60,560 bases of DNA, filler included, from Candidatus Coatesbacteria bacterium (GCA_016927185.1; 6 parts of 6 records of this genome joined end to end with filler, not necessarily neighbours in it); one strand, 5' to 3'. Positions 38,881-49,153 are shown, counted from the first letter of the whole stretch. Numbers and translations are program-made. Notes: generated by a model not told the origin, from the letters alone.

Positions 38881-40419
38881 ATGAACAAGCTATATTATGG
38901 TGATTGCCTTGATGTCTTGAGGGATCATATTCCTGATGAGTCAATAGATTTGATATATATTGACCCACCTTTTAATTCAAAGAGGAATTACAATGTCATA
39001 TATGATGGAGCAATGGCACAAGCAGAGGCTTTCAAGGACACATGGAGTTTAACCAATCTTCAGGAAGAGAAAACCCTTATTTTCAAGAAAGAACCACAGA
39101 GATATCAAGCACTGCATAATGTTATAGACAGTTTTGAAAAGATGCTAATAAATTCAGAACCATCTTTACTTGGATATTTGATAAATATGTCAATAAGGCT
39201 TGTTGAGCTGCGTAGAGTTTTAAAAGATACTGGAAGCATATATTTACATTGTGATCCTACTGCAAGTCATTATCTTAAGATACTTATGGATGAGATATTT
39301 GGCAGGAAGAATTTCAGGAATGAGATAGTTTGGTGCTATAAAACAAGACAATTTTCTAAAAAATATTGGAATAGAAAACATGATGATATTTTATTCTATT
39401 CAAAAAGCAAGAAATATCCCTTCTATTATAAAAGAGTGTTAAATCCTCTATCTGAAAGTACAATTAAAAAATATAAATTAATAGATGAAACAGGAAGAAG
39501 ATACAGATTGGAAGGTAGGGGAATTCAGGGAAGTCCTATCAGATCACAAAAGGATGTAAATGAAAAATGGGAAAAAACAAATCCAGAATTAACAATAAGA
39601 GACTATTTAAAAGATGGATATCCTCCTGAAGATTATTGGAACATTAATATAATAAATCAAGCTGCAAAAGAACGTTTAGGATATGCCACCCAGAAACCTC
39701 TAGAATTACTTGAAAGAATAATCAATGCAAGCTGTCCAGAAAAAGGTATTGTCCTTGATGCTTTCTGTGGATGCGGGACTACTGTTGCAGCTGCAAAGAA
39801 ATTGAACAGGCATTTCATAGGAGTGGATATAACTTATCTTGCAATAGATTTGATAAAGAAAAGGTTGATTGACACTTTCTACAAGGATGAGAAGAAATTC
39901 AATAAGGATGTCGAAATTTTCGGAATTCCAAAGGATCTGGAAGGTGCAAGAGTATTAGCAAAAGAGACAAAGAATGACAGGGTAAGAAAGGAATTCGAAA
40001 AATGGGCAGTATTCAAGGCTAATGGCATATACACAGAGAAAAAAGGTGCTGACTATGGTCTTGATGGATACCTGTTCTTATGGGATGCTGGAGAAACCAA
40101 AATAAAGGGAGTTATTCAGGTAAAGAGCGGGAAAGTCGGGGTTCATCAGATAAGAGATTTCAGTCACACAATAGACAGGGAAGGAGCCAGTTTCGGTTTC
40201 TTCATAACTTTGGAAGAACCAACGAAAAATATGTTTGAAGAGATAAACAAGCTTCCCAAAGTCATTTCAAAAATGGGAAGGGGATTTGATAAAATCTATA
40301 TAATAACTGTTCAGGATTTGCTTGATGAGAAACTGCCATCCTTGCCTTTTGGAAGAATGGTAAAGAAGGCAGAAAGAATAAAGCAGGAAGAAGATAATAA
40401 TATAGATATGTTTGAATAA
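38881..40419 (+). CDS. Beta-class N6A/N4C DNA methyltransferase fused to a C-terminal Mrr-like PD-(D/E)XK domain
   Basis: YIDPPFNS, YATQKP, VLDAFCGCGT; C-terminal DYGLDG...IQVKSG. Confidence 0.88.
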   Translation: MNKLYYGDCLDVLRDHIPDESIDLIYIDPPFNSKRNYNVIYDGAMAQAEAFKDTWSLTNLQEEKTLIFKKEPQRYQALHNVIDSFEKMLINSEPSLLGYLINMSIRLVELRRVLKDTGSIYLHCDPTASHYLKILMDEIFGRKNFRNEIVWCYKTRQFSKKYWNRKHDDILFYSKSKKYPFYYKRVLNPLSESTIKKYKLIDETGRRYRLEGRGIQGSPIRSQKDVNEKWEKTNPELTIRDYLKDGYPPEDYWNINIINQAAKERLGYATQKPLELLERIINASCPEKGIVLDAFCGCGTTVAAAKKLNRHFIGVDITYLAIDLIKKRLIDTFYKDEKKFNKDVEIFGIPKDLEGARVLAKETKNDRVRKEFEKWAVFKANGIYTEKKGADYGLDGYLFLWDAGETKIKGVIQVKSGKVGVHQIRDFSHTIDREGASFGFFITLEEPTKNMFEEINKLPKVISKMGRGFDKIYIITVQDLLDEKLPSLPFGRMVKKAERIKQEEDNNIDMFE

Positions 40420-40445
40420 ATATCAAAGGATTTATTTCTCTTTAC

Positions 40446-41054
40446 TTACTTGAACCTTCTAGCCAGTTCTGCAACATGTTTCCCCTGAAACCTAGCTCCT
40501 GCTAGCTCTCTGGCTGTTGGTTGCCTCTCTCCTCTTCCACCAGCAATAGTTGATGCACCATAAGGACTGCATCCCATAACCTCGTCCGTAATCCCTTGTT
40601 CCTCAAACGAATACGGTAGCCCGGCAATCAGCATCCCGTGATGAAGAAGAGTTGTATGAAAACTCAAGATAGTAGACTCCTGACCACCATGCTGTGTCCC
40701 TGTGCTTGTAAACACACTTCCAATCTTTCCTACAAGAGCACGTTTTGCCCAGAGACCTCCTGTAGAATCAAGAAACTGTCTCATCTGACCACACATATTG
40801 CCAAAACGTGTTGGGGTTCCGAAAATTATGGCATCAGCTTCACCTAATTCAGGCAAGGTGATTACAGGAATATGCTTCATTTCTTCCTGTGCTTTTGAAG
40901 CTCCCATCTTTTCAAGTATTGCTTCTGAAAGCGTTTCTGGAACTCGCCTGAGTAGCACTTCAGATCCTTCAACTTCAGAAGCACCTTCTGCAACTGACAA
41001 TGCCATTTTGTAAACATGACCGAAAGTTGAATAGAATAGAATCAGGATTTTCAT
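40446..41054 (-). CDS. wrbA: NAD(P)H:quinone oxidoreductase
   Basis: [31 protein letters not shown]. Confidence 0.96.
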   Translation of the reverse strand: MKILILFYSTFGHVYKMALSVAEGASEVEGSEVLLRRVPETLSEAILEKMGASKAQEEMKHIPVITLPELGEADAIIFGTPTRFGNMCGQMRQFLDSTGGLWAKRALVGKIGSVFTSTGTQHGGQESTILSFHTTLLHHGMLIAGLPYSFEEQGITDEVMGCSPYGASTIAGGRGERQPTARELAGARFQGKHVAELARRFK

Positions 41055-41063
41055 ATAACTCCT

Positions 41064-41897
41064 TTATTTGAATTGAGTTAAGGGTTTCTTGAATCTGTCC
41101 TGTATACCTTTTACATACTTTTCATTCATTTCTATCATCGTGAAATGCCGCTTGAGTGCTTTTGCAACATAACCTGTTGTGCCGCTTCCTGCTACAGGAT
41201 CAAGTACCAAGCCACCCTCATTTGATGAAGTAAGAATAATCCTTCTCAGAAGCTCCACTGGTTTCTGAGTAGAATGAAGCTTGTTGCCTTCTGCATCCTT
41301 GAGTCTTTCCTTTCCCCCGCAAATAGGTATTTCCCAGACATTTGCACCAATACTGCCTACTCCAAAGGTTTTTGCAAGTTCCCTTTTGAAAGTATATTTC
41401 TTTGCATTCTTGTCTTTTGTTGCCCAGATAAGCGTTTCTGTTGCATTTGTGAATCTTACTCCAAGCCAGTTTGGCATTGGATTTGTCTTCAGCCAGAGTA
41501 CATCATTGAGAATCCAGAATCCAAGATCCTGCATGATTTTCCCGATCCTGAAAATGCTGTGATAAGTTGATATAACCCAAATGGTTGCATTCTCCTTCAT
41601 CACTTTTTTTGTCTTGAAAAGAAGGTCTCTCATATATTCATCATAATCTTCGAATGATGCGAACTTGTCCCATTTATCATCAACAGCATCAACCTCAGTT
41701 TTCACATTCCATCTTTTCAGCTTTTTAGGTGGAAGTTGCAGGAAATAAGGAGGATCCATGAAAACCAGATCAAATGTTTCAGCAGGAGTTTTCTCAAGAA
41801 CTTCTAAAGCATTCCCTTGTATTATTTTATCAATAATGCACTCACTGCAAAGTTCAGTATTTTTCATGAATTTCAAGACAAGCTCTTCATTTTCCAT
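41064..41897 (-). CDS. Orphan beta-class adenine methyltransferase, CcrM/M.HinfI-like
   Basis: DPPYFLQL, VDDKWDKF, GFWILND, NPMPN...RFTNATETLIWA, HSTQKP. Confidence 0.88.
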   Translation of the reverse strand: MENEELVLKFMKNTELCSECIIDKIIQGNALEVLEKTPAETFDLVFMDPPYFLQLPPKKLKRWNVKTEVDAVDDKWDKFASFEDYDEYMRDLLFKTKKVMKENATIWVISTYHSIFRIGKIMQDLGFWILNDVLWLKTNPMPNWLGVRFTNATETLIWATKDKNAKKYTFKRELAKTFGVGSIGANVWEIPICGGKERLKDAEGNKLHSTQKPVELLRRIILTSSNEGGLVLDPVAGSGTTGYVAKALKRHFTMIEMNEKYVKGIQDRFKKPLTQFK

Positions 41898-41926
41898 AAG
41901 TATTGCTTTCCTTGATAATATTTATC

Positions 41927-42709
41927 CTATCTTTTTTCAACAGTGAATTCCTCGTACTCTGATGTGATCTCAAAACCTATTGATTTATAACACTTTATAG
42001 CAGCATGATTATCCTGTTTTACATTCAATCCTATATGAGTGACATGCTTGAGTAGATTCTTGCAAAGCATTGCTGTAACTGAAGTTCCAAAACCCCTTGC
42101 CCTGTAATCAGGATGAGTTGTAATATTTCCGAGTGCAGCAACCTTGTAGTCCTTCGAGAAAACATGAACACCTGCAATGCTTTCAAGTTTTCCGTCCTTC
42201 TTAAGTCCATAATACATACCAGTTTGAAGCATCTTGAGTTCGAACCAGTTACCAGGATAGCTCGTGCTGTAAAGATCAAGAATTTCTTTTCTGTCATCCA
42301 TATTCAATTGAATAACCTCATTACTTTCAATAGATTGCACGATTTCCTTGTTCACAAGAGACATCTTGTAATGTTTTCCATGAGATACAAGTTTGAATTT
42401 TTCAGAGAGAATATCATACAATCCAGTTGATATATGCATATAGAAGGCAGAGGGAAGAAAATTCTGTACTGACAACAGGAATTCCTTAGCTGAAAGACCT
42501 CCTGATGAAAGAAACAGGAATGTTGGAGTTGAAAGTCCTGTGAACAGAAGCGCAACTTCCTGTAATTTATCATTTTGCAGTATTCCGTACCAGCTCGTAT
42601 ATTTCCAGAAATAATCATCAAGATCCCCGATTTCATATATATGAAGGAATGTATCTTTTCTCAAGAATTTCTCTAGTGTGCTCTTATCGTGTAATGTTAT
42701 GATTTCCAT
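41927..42709 (-). CDS. GNAT acetyltransferase (FR47-like)
   Basis: LGNITTHPDYRARGFG, NHAAIKCYKSIGF. Confidence 0.9.
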   Translation of the reverse strand: MEIITLHDKSTLEKFLRKDTFLHIYEIGDLDDYFWKYTSWYGILQNDKLQEVALLFTGLSTPTFLFLSSGGLSAKEFLLSVQNFLPSAFYMHISTGLYDILSEKFKLVSHGKHYKMSLVNKEIVQSIESNEVIQLNMDDRKEILDLYSTSYPGNWFELKMLQTGMYYGLKKDGKLESIAGVHVFSKDYKVAALGNITTHPDYRARGFGTSVTAMLCKNLLKHVTHIGLNVKQDNHAAIKCYKSIGFEITSEYEEFTVEKR

Positions 42710-43139
42710 GAACTCTCTCCCAGTTTTCAATATCACCTTTCACTATATGAAAGACTAAATTAGCCTTTATATTTCTTATTCCCTTAAGTTCTTGATATTT
42801 ATTAAAGTCCCTTATTCTCAGTTTTTCAAGAAGATGGTTGTATTCATAAAGGATCTGTCCGTCATTTACTGGAATTGCATCATGTAATTCATTGGCATGC
42901 AGAATTTTACTGAAATCAAATCCGAAATCTCTTCTTATTGATTCTTCATGTATTGTAACAAGATAAGAACCAATTGCTTGCAGTGGTTCACAATATTCCA
43001 TGAATCGTGCAAGCTGAGGATGATTTCTGTAAGCTTTTGTCTTTCCAGAAATTACAGCCTGCGCAAGAAGCGATTCCCTCCACAGGGCTGTAAGTCCTTT
43101 TGTATCAAGATATTCAGGGCTTATTGACCAGAGCCTCAT
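42684..43139 (-). CDS. Pyrimidine dimer DNA glycosylase / T4 endonuclease V-like protein
   Basis: MRLWSISPEYLD..GL.ALWRE, YRNHPQL. Confidence 0.88.
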   Translation of the reverse strand: MRLWSISPEYLDTKGLTALWRESLLAQAVISGKTKAYRNHPQLARFMEYCEPLQAIGSYLVTIHEESIRRDFGFDFSKILHANELHDAIPVNDGQILYEYNHLLEKLRIRDFNKYQELKGIRNIKANLVFHIVKGDIENWERVHGNHNITR

Positions 43140-43181
43140 GAAAATGCTTTCTCGTATTTTATTAACAGGCAGCAAGTTACA

Positions 43182-43655
43182 TCATTCATTTTCACCCTTG
43201 AAATCTGATACCTTGCAGGAAATTTCCAGAATATCTATCCTTATTATTGTAACTGTTTCAGACATTTCATCAGTGAATTCAAATACTTTCCCTGAAACGT
43301 GTTCAGTAATAAGGGAAAGGGCATGCTTTTTCTCTTCAGTATCATCAACAAAGAATGCCCTGCCGTTTGCAATAATGCTTTTATACTTGATGCTTCCCTT
43401 GCAAGGTACATCAGGGACCAGATAATCTTCCATTATGTCAAATTCTACACAGACAATGTTATTCTTTTTTAGAATATCGATTTTTTTCCCGACATGTGCA
43501 CAATGGAAGTAAATGGAATTATTTTCATAACCGAAATTGACAGGAACAATGTATGGATGATTATCTTCTGACATCCCAATCCTGCAAACCATTGTTCCTG
43601 CAATTATTTCATCAATAATTTTCCTGTCAGTTATTTCCTTGTCTTTGCGTCTCAT
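43182..43655 (-). CDS. Pyridoxamine 5'-phosphate oxidase family (NimA-like) flavoprotein
   Basis: MRRKDKEI, PYIVPVNFGY, IYFHCA..GKK. Confidence 0.9.
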   Translation of the reverse strand: MRRKDKEITDRKIIDEIIAGTMVCRIGMSEDNHPYIVPVNFGYENNSIYFHCAHVGKKIDILKKNNIVCVEFDIMEDYLVPDVPCKGSIKYKSIIANGRAFFVDDTEEKKHALSLITEHVSGKVFEFTDEMSETVTIIRIDILEISCKVSDFKGENE

Positions 43656-44152
43656 TTCTGCTCTACTTTCTGAATATACTTATGCATCAATTCCTTGAAA
43701 CTCATATAATCATTCTTCTCCCTGAATGCTCGTTTAGGTATTATTGTGAAACTGTCCTTCCCGAAATACAGCATTATGAACTCATCATTTTCTTTTGCAT
43801 TGGAGTAAAAATCCCATCTGATTTTGGATTGAATTCCTTCTGAAAAAGAATCAAATCCATCTTCATCAACCTTCATTGTCACTTCCTTGCTTATTCTTGG
43901 TTCCCTCTTGTAAAGCCTTTTCGGAAGAAATGCGTAAACATAGACATTGAGTGATAATGACAGGAGAGAGAGAATGATGCAGAGTAGCCAGATCATTGAA
44001 TATCCCATTGCAAACCAGCATATAGAGCAGAAAACAATGAGTACAAGAGAAAAGAAGATATTAAGCTTGTAATTTTTTATTTTTGAGTAATGAAAAACAA
44101 AAGCTCTCTTGAATTCATCATAACTGAGCTTGTACGTAATTTCGATAATCAT
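43652..44152 (-). CDS. YcxB family protein
   Basis: 2 TM segments plus C-terminal W...IIPKRAF. Confidence 0.8.
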   Translation of the reverse strand: MIIEITYKLSYDEFKRAFVFHYSKIKNYKLNIFFSLVLIVFCSICWFAMGYSMIWLLCIILSLLSLSLNVYVYAFLPKRLYKREPRISKEVTMKVDEDGFDSFSEGIQSKIRWDFYSNAKENDEFIMLYFGKDSFTIIPKRAFREKNDYMSFKELMHKYIQKVEQK

Positions 44153-44226
44153 TTTCCCTCCATGTAATTTAATGAAAGCGTGCAATGAATGATTTTTCCC
44201 CGAAAGATAAGTCAAGCAAAAAGAAA

Positions 44227-44463
44227 CTATAGCATTTTACTGATAAAGTCATCTCTATTATACTTCCTTTTTCCTTCAGAAATCCATTCCACAATTTCAC
44301 TCCAGAAATACCTGCATCCTGAATTACTGTTTATTCCCATTTTGTAATAGGGAAGCCCTTTCTTGCGCATGAAAGAAAGGGTCTTGTTTGATATTTTCAA
44401 TCTCTCTATGACTTCCCTGCTTGTCAGCATGATTTTGTCTTTTTTCCTTGTTTTATTGTTCAT
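44227..44463 (-). CDS. Excisionase-like HTH DNA-binding protein
   Basis: MLTSREVIERLKIS.KTL..MRKKGLPY....RY.WSEI.EWI pattern. Confidence 0.75.
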   Translation of the reverse strand: MNNKTRKKDKIMLTSREVIERLKISNKTLSFMRKKGLPYYKMGINSNSGCRYFWSEIVEWISEGKRKYNRDDFISKML

Positions 44464-45355
44464 ATTTGCTTATCCTGCCAGATGATTTAGACTTGCTTGA
44501 AAGCAGCAAGTTGCATGGAAAAATTCCTGGTGAAAGCGAAAAATAATCCCCTTTGTCTCTGGCAATAACAGTTTCTTCGGGATTTATGAGTATTTCATGA
44601 ATTTTCTCTGCCTGCCTCGGAATTCCCTCTGTCACAACCAGCCCCTTTTTTCTTGCCATTTCCCTTATAATCTTGTCAATTCTGTAGGAAGGCATTTTGA
44701 GTACGCAAATTTCCCCGCCAGGGCTGTGCAGGAGAGTCCTTATCACGAATGTTGCGGCAGCCTCCATGTCAATGAAAAATCTTGTCATCTGCGGATTATA
44801 TATGACTGCCTTCAGAAGACTGTTTTTATCCAGAAGCGAACCTCTTGATGCAATTATATTCCCGTATCTGCACACAGAAAACCTTGTCTTGCAGTTTCTT
44901 GATGCGGCAAGAAATAGCTTTTCAAGAAGCATTTTTGTAGCACCATAAGTATTGATAGGAGAAACTGCCTTGTCAGTGCTTATGCCAGTGCATGAAATTA
45001 TTCCATTCTTTCTGCATGCCTCGATTATATTCATTGTTCCCAGGACATTAGTTCTTATAACCTCTTCTGGCTGTATTTCACCTGATTCAATTCTCTTGAG
45101 AGCTGCAGCATGAATAACATAATCAACACCATTAATTGCTTGTTCGAGCCTGTTTTCATCCCTGACATCTCCAAGATAGAAACGAATACTGCACTGTAGA
45201 AGTGATTGTCTCATTTCTGCCTGTTTCAATTCATCCCTGGAGAAAATCCTTACTTCAGATGCCCCCTGAAGAAGCAGAGTCTTTGCAATAGTCTGTCCCA
45301 ATGATCCTGTTCCACCAGTTATCAGGAATTTGCTATTCTTTATCATTTTTTCCAT
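44453..45355 (-). CDS. PseB/FlaA1-like UDP-GlcNAc 4,6-dehydratase
   Basis: TGGTGSLG, FSRDELKQ, GDVRD, HAAALK, STDKA, YGATK, RYGN; AAGGAG SD before ATG 45355. Confidence 0.88.
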   Translation of the reverse strand: MEKMIKNSKFLITGGTGSLGQTIAKTLLLQGASEVRIFSRDELKQAEMRQSLLQCSIRFYLGDVRDENRLEQAINGVDYVIHAAALKRIESGEIQPEEVIRTNVLGTMNIIEACRKNGIISCTGISTDKAVSPINTYGATKMLLEKLFLAASRNCKTRFSVCRYGNIIASRGSLLDKNSLLKAVIYNPQMTRFFIDMEAAATFVIRTLLHSPGGEICVLKMPSYRIDKIIREMARKKGLVVTEGIPRQAEKIHEILINPEETVIARDKGDYFSLSPGIFPCNLLLSSKSKSSGRISKYEQ

Positions 45356-45539
45356 TATTCTCCTTACAGGAAAGTGCCTGGCTGGCTCACCATCTGCATA
45401 AATAGGCACCATCCTCTTTCCTTATACCCTCATGTTCGCATGCTGATTTATCATAATAAATAGCAATACCGCAGAAGTCGCATCTGTAAAGTACATAAAT
45501 GCTCTCATATGTTGCCGGGAGAAAAGGGTATCTTTTCAG
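45333..45539 (-). pseudogene. Small Zn-finger-like gene with CTG start and in-frame TGA at the 4th Cys position
   Basis: GGAGG SD; CTGA overlaps the upstream stop; KRYPF...RCDFCG...YLCRW*ASQALSCKENNGKNDKE. Confidence 0.5.
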
Positions 45540-46183
45540 TTCGAACCTCCCTCTGTTTCATTAGATATATAAGATGCAAGATCTTTCCATTTCTCTTTTG
45601 GAAGCTTGTTAAGTGATGCCACATTGAAGTTCTCCTTAAGAATCTTCAAAATTACATCAGGTTTCTGTTCATGGAACCTCTTGATGAGATCCCTGGTATC
45701 GTGACCTGTCTTCAAGACAGTTATGTATCTTCCTTTATGATAGGCAAGCAACAGGCGCATTTTCTTCCCTGGATAAAGATTCTTCAGTCCATAGAAATGC
45801 TCATCTGTAAAAGAGAATTTGTAGGGAATTTCAGGAAGATAAAAATATAACCTGTAGTTGAGTCTGCAAATACCTTTCTTCCGCTCTAAACAATAATATC
45901 TTGAGCAAAGAAACTGAGCCTCAAAGTTTTCCCTGGATTGAGCTGAAATCTCTGTTTCAGGAATAGTAGATGCACTATATGCAGGCAGAGAGAAATTACA
46001 GAATTTCTCGATTATAGGTAATTTGTCTGGAAGAATGATATCAATCTGCCTCCTGAAACGTGTTAATAAATCATCGAAACAATCAACCTCCTGATAGTCT
46101 TGTCCATCACTTGTTACTTCAAACTTGAACTGGTTGCTTGAGATAACAAGCCTGTAACTTTCATTCCTGTCCTGTGACATCAT
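45536..46183 (-). CDS. Hypothetical protein
   Basis: 215-aa ORF coupled to its neighbours; no family recognised. Confidence 0.65.
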   Translation of the reverse strand: MMSQDRNESYRLVISSNQFKFEVTSDGQDYQEVDCFDDLLTRFRRQIDIILPDKLPIIEKFCNFSLPAYSASTIPETEISAQSRENFEAQFLCSRYYCLERKKGICRLNYRLYFYLPEIPYKFSFTDEHFYGLKNLYPGKKMRLLLAYHKGRYITVLKTGHDTRDLIKRFHEQKPDVILKILKENFNVASLNKLPKEKWKDLASYISNETEGGSN

Positions 46184-46427
46184 CTTTTCTCCTTTTTCTG
46201 GAAATCCTCATTGTTCCTCTTTTCGATGATCTGCGAACTGTCTCTATGAAGTCTTTTAAAGACAATCCGTAACCAATCGAGAGTCTTTTTGCAGTGTCTG
46301 GTTTGAGCCTGAAAGGATAACATCCTCTTTCAATCCTGCTGATGATCATTGAATTAACTCCAGTTGTTCTACTCAGCATTATGATCGTAATGCTCTTTAC
46401 CATTCTGATTTCATGTAGCGAAAGCAT
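46161..46427 (-). CDS. XRE/Cro-like HTH protein
   Basis: LHEIR...IT...LS..TGV....ISRIERG...TAKRLS; AAGGAG SD. Confidence 0.75.
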   Translation of the reverse strand: MLSLHEIRMVKSITIIMLSRTTGVNSMIISRIERGCYPFRLKPDTAKRLSIGYGLSLKDFIETVRRSSKRGTMRISRKRRKDDVTGQE

Positions 46428-46742
46428 ACTTTCTCCTTCTTTTAGTGACTGAAAAAACCTTAAAATACGTGTTCGACAAGCTTGCCATTTCATCTCCTTT
46501 TTACTTTCTTACACAATATANNNNNNNNNNNNNNNNNNNNNNNNNNNNNNNNNNNNNNNNNNNNTTAATTAATTAANNNNNNNNNNNNNNNNNNNNNNNN
46601 NNNNNNNNNNNNNNNNNNNNATAAATATCCTATGTATTGCTTTAAATATTTTTTTCATGATTTAATTCATTAAAAGGTTAGATTTAGCTTGCCAAAAAAA
46701 TAAGATTTTATAATAAGGGCAAAAGAAAGGGGGAATTAGAAG

Positions 46743-47063
46743 ATGCATAAGCGGGTTGACAAGAGGGAACTTATAAAAGAGAATTTGGATAATCTTGAAG
46801 ATAGGGTTTGGCAATTACTTGGCATTAATTCAACAGATACATTATGGTTTGAAGCAATTCCTGCTTTAGTGGAAATAAGAAAAGAACTTGTATTGTTGAA
46901 ACAAGAAATATCAAACATTGCCCATATTAAGCCCATCTTGACTCCCATGGATTCTCTTATTCATAATGCTGGATCTTCTCCTGCGAAGTCAACACTCGAT
47001 AAGCAGCCAGTGCAAGAGCCTGCATTTCATTCTCTCCAGGATACACTACCACAGGGGCAATAA
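46743..47063 (+). CDS. Hypothetical protein (3' part overlaps buk on the opposite strand)
   Basis: Purine-rich SD, helical N-terminal part; 107-nt antisense overlap lowers confidence. Confidence 0.35.
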   Translation: MHKRVDKRELIKENLDNLEDRVWQLLGINSTDTLWFEAIPALVEIRKELVLLKQEISNIAHIKPILTPMDSLIHNAGSSPAKSTLDKQPVQEPAFHSLQDTLPQGQ

Positions 47064-48033
47064 AGCTAACCCTTTCTTCCACAAATTCACAGAAGGATTT
47101 GTTATAAGCAACTCCACCTGTTAGGATAATAGCATCAACCTTGCCTTTAAGAACAGCAGCATTAGCACCAATTTCTTTTGCAACCTGATAAGCCATGCCA
47201 AAGAAGGCAAGCCATGCTTTCCTGTCACCAGCAAGACCTTTCTCACAAACTGCTTTTGCATTGTTTGTTCCCTGATAAGCTACCAATCCCCCTGATCCCT
47301 TGTTAAGTTTTCTCAGTTCATCAAGAGAATATTTTCCTGAGTAGCAAAGTTTAATGAGACCACCAACAGGTAGAGTACCGCTTCTTTCAGGAGAATATGG
47401 TCCTTCTCCATCCAGGGCATTATTAACATCTATTACTTTACCCTTCTGATGTGCTGCGATTGATATTCCTCCACCCAGATGAACTACTATAAGGTTAATG
47501 TCCTCATAATTCTTACCAATCTCATTTGCATATCTTTTGGCGCAGGCTTTGTGATTAAGGGCATGAAAAATAGATATACGTGGTAATTCTGGAAGTCCCG
47601 ACAGCCTTGCAATGTCTTCCATTTCGTCAACCACAACTGGATCAGCTATGAATGCTGGAACATTATTACCGATTTCCTTTGCCAGGGCATCAGCAATCAA
47701 ACCTCCAAGGTTAGAGGCATGCTGTCCAAGATATCCTTCATATAAATCCTTGCATAAGGCCTCATTTACCAGGTGAACACCACCAGGTATGGGTTTAGAT
47801 AGTCCCCCTCTGCCAATTACTGCTGAAATGGAGTTCAAATCTATATCATGCTTAGTCAGGAAATCCTTGATTATATCTCTCCTGAATTCATACTGGTCTG
47901 TTATCTTAGTTCCAAATGGAGCAAGTTCTTCATTAGAATGATTTAAATTTTCTGAAATGACTTCCTTCTCATCTTCGTAAATAGCTAACTTGGTAGTAGT
48001 TGAACCAGGATTAATAACAAGTATCTTAACCAT
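46957..48033 (-). CDS. buk: Butyrate kinase
   Basis: ILVINPGSTTTK, HASNLG, FHALN, HLGGGIS, PERSG. Confidence 0.96.
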   Translation of the reverse strand: MVKILVINPGSTTTKLAIYEDEKEVISENLNHSNEELAPFGTKITDQYEFRRDIIKDFLTKHDIDLNSISAVIGRGGLSKPIPGGVHLVNEALCKDLYEGYLGQHASNLGGLIADALAKEIGNNVPAFIADPVVVDEMEDIARLSGLPELPRISIFHALNHKACAKRYANEIGKNYEDINLIVVHLGGGISIAAHQKGKVIDVNNALDGEGPYSPERSGTLPVGGLIKLCYSGKYSLDELRKLNKGSGGLVAYQGTNNAKAVCEKGLAGDRKAWLAFFGMAYQVAKEIGANAAVLKGKVDAIILTGGVAYNKSFCEFVEERVSFIAPVVVYPGENEMQALALAAYRVLTSQEKIQHYE

Positions 48034-48044
48034 ATCAAACCTTT

Positions 48045-48941
48045 CTAAGCACAATAAACTGCCAGTGCTATACTTAGAAACTTTGTTTCCTCATCATCAG
48101 CCCTTGAAGTAAGGATTATTGGTATTCTAGCTCCAGCAATCAGGCAGGCAGTCTGAAATCTTGCAAAGAATGCAATGCTTTTATAAAGAATATTACCAGC
48201 TTGTATGTCAGGGACAAGTATAATATCTGCTTTGCCTGCTACTTCGCTTTTTATACCTTTGTGTTTTGCGGCTTCAATATCTATTGCATTGTCAAGTCCT
48301 AGTGGACCATCTATAATACAATCCTTGATTTGCCCTCTAAAGCACATCTGAGTGAGAAGTGCTGCATCTGTTGTCGTTGGCATATCAACATTTACTACCT
48401 CTACAGCTGCAAGTGGTGCTACCAGAGGTTTTTCAATTCCAAGTTTCTTCATTATCTCTACTGCATTTTCTATTATGGAGATTTTTGCCAAGATATCTGG
48501 ATTAAGATTCATTCCTCCATCTGTAAGCAAGCAGAACTTATTAGTGGATGGAGGAAAAAACAATGCAACATGAGAGAGAATTTTTCCTTTTCTCAGTCCA
48601 TACTCCTTGTTGAGTACTTCCCGTAGAAGATCTGCTGATTGAACATGTCCCTTCATTAATATATCAGCTTCTCCCTTGTTTGCTATCTTTACTGCAAAAG
48701 AGGATGCTTCTACAGGATTTTTGATATCTTCAATAGAACAACCTGTTACATCAAGATTTTGCTCCTTCGCAATTTCCATGATTTTTTTCATATCACCAAT
48801 CAGAATAGGCTCAACAAGATTTTCTTTATGAGCTTTCACAATAGCAGTTAGTAATGTAGGATCAGCTGCTCCAGCTACTGCCATTTTTATTGAATGCTTT
48901 TCTTTGGCCGTTTTTACTATATGATCGAAATCCATGTTCAT
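48045..48941 (-). CDS. ptb: Phosphate butyryltransferase
   Basis: ILMKG, DGPLGLDNAI, PDIQAGNILYK, LTSRAD; upstream of buk. Confidence 0.93.
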   Translation of the reverse strand: MNMDFDHIVKTAKEKHSIKMAVAGAADPTLLTAIVKAHKENLVEPILIGDMKKIMEIAKEQNLDVTGCSIEDIKNPVEASSFAVKIANKGEADILMKGHVQSADLLREVLNKEYGLRKGKILSHVALFFPPSTNKFCLLTDGGMNLNPDILAKISIIENAVEIMKKLGIEKPLVAPLAAVEVVNVDMPTTTDAALLTQMCFRGQIKDCIIDGPLGLDNAIDIEAAKHKGIKSEVAGKADIILVPDIQAGNILYKSIAFFARFQTACLIAGARIPIILTSRADDEETKFLSIALAVYCA

Positions 48942-49153
48942 AATTTACCTCATTAAAAATTTATAGTTGCAAATAATTTCTAGCTTATCTTCTTGTCAAG
49001 AATGTTGTTATCTGTTTACTTAAAATTTGTATCTGAAGCGTTTTTTAAGAAATGGCTGGATTTTTGATTTAGAATAACATGAAACAGCTTGACCATATAA
49101 ATAGACTGAGATTATTACACTTGCCATATTTAAAACAGGCAAATGGAGAAAAA

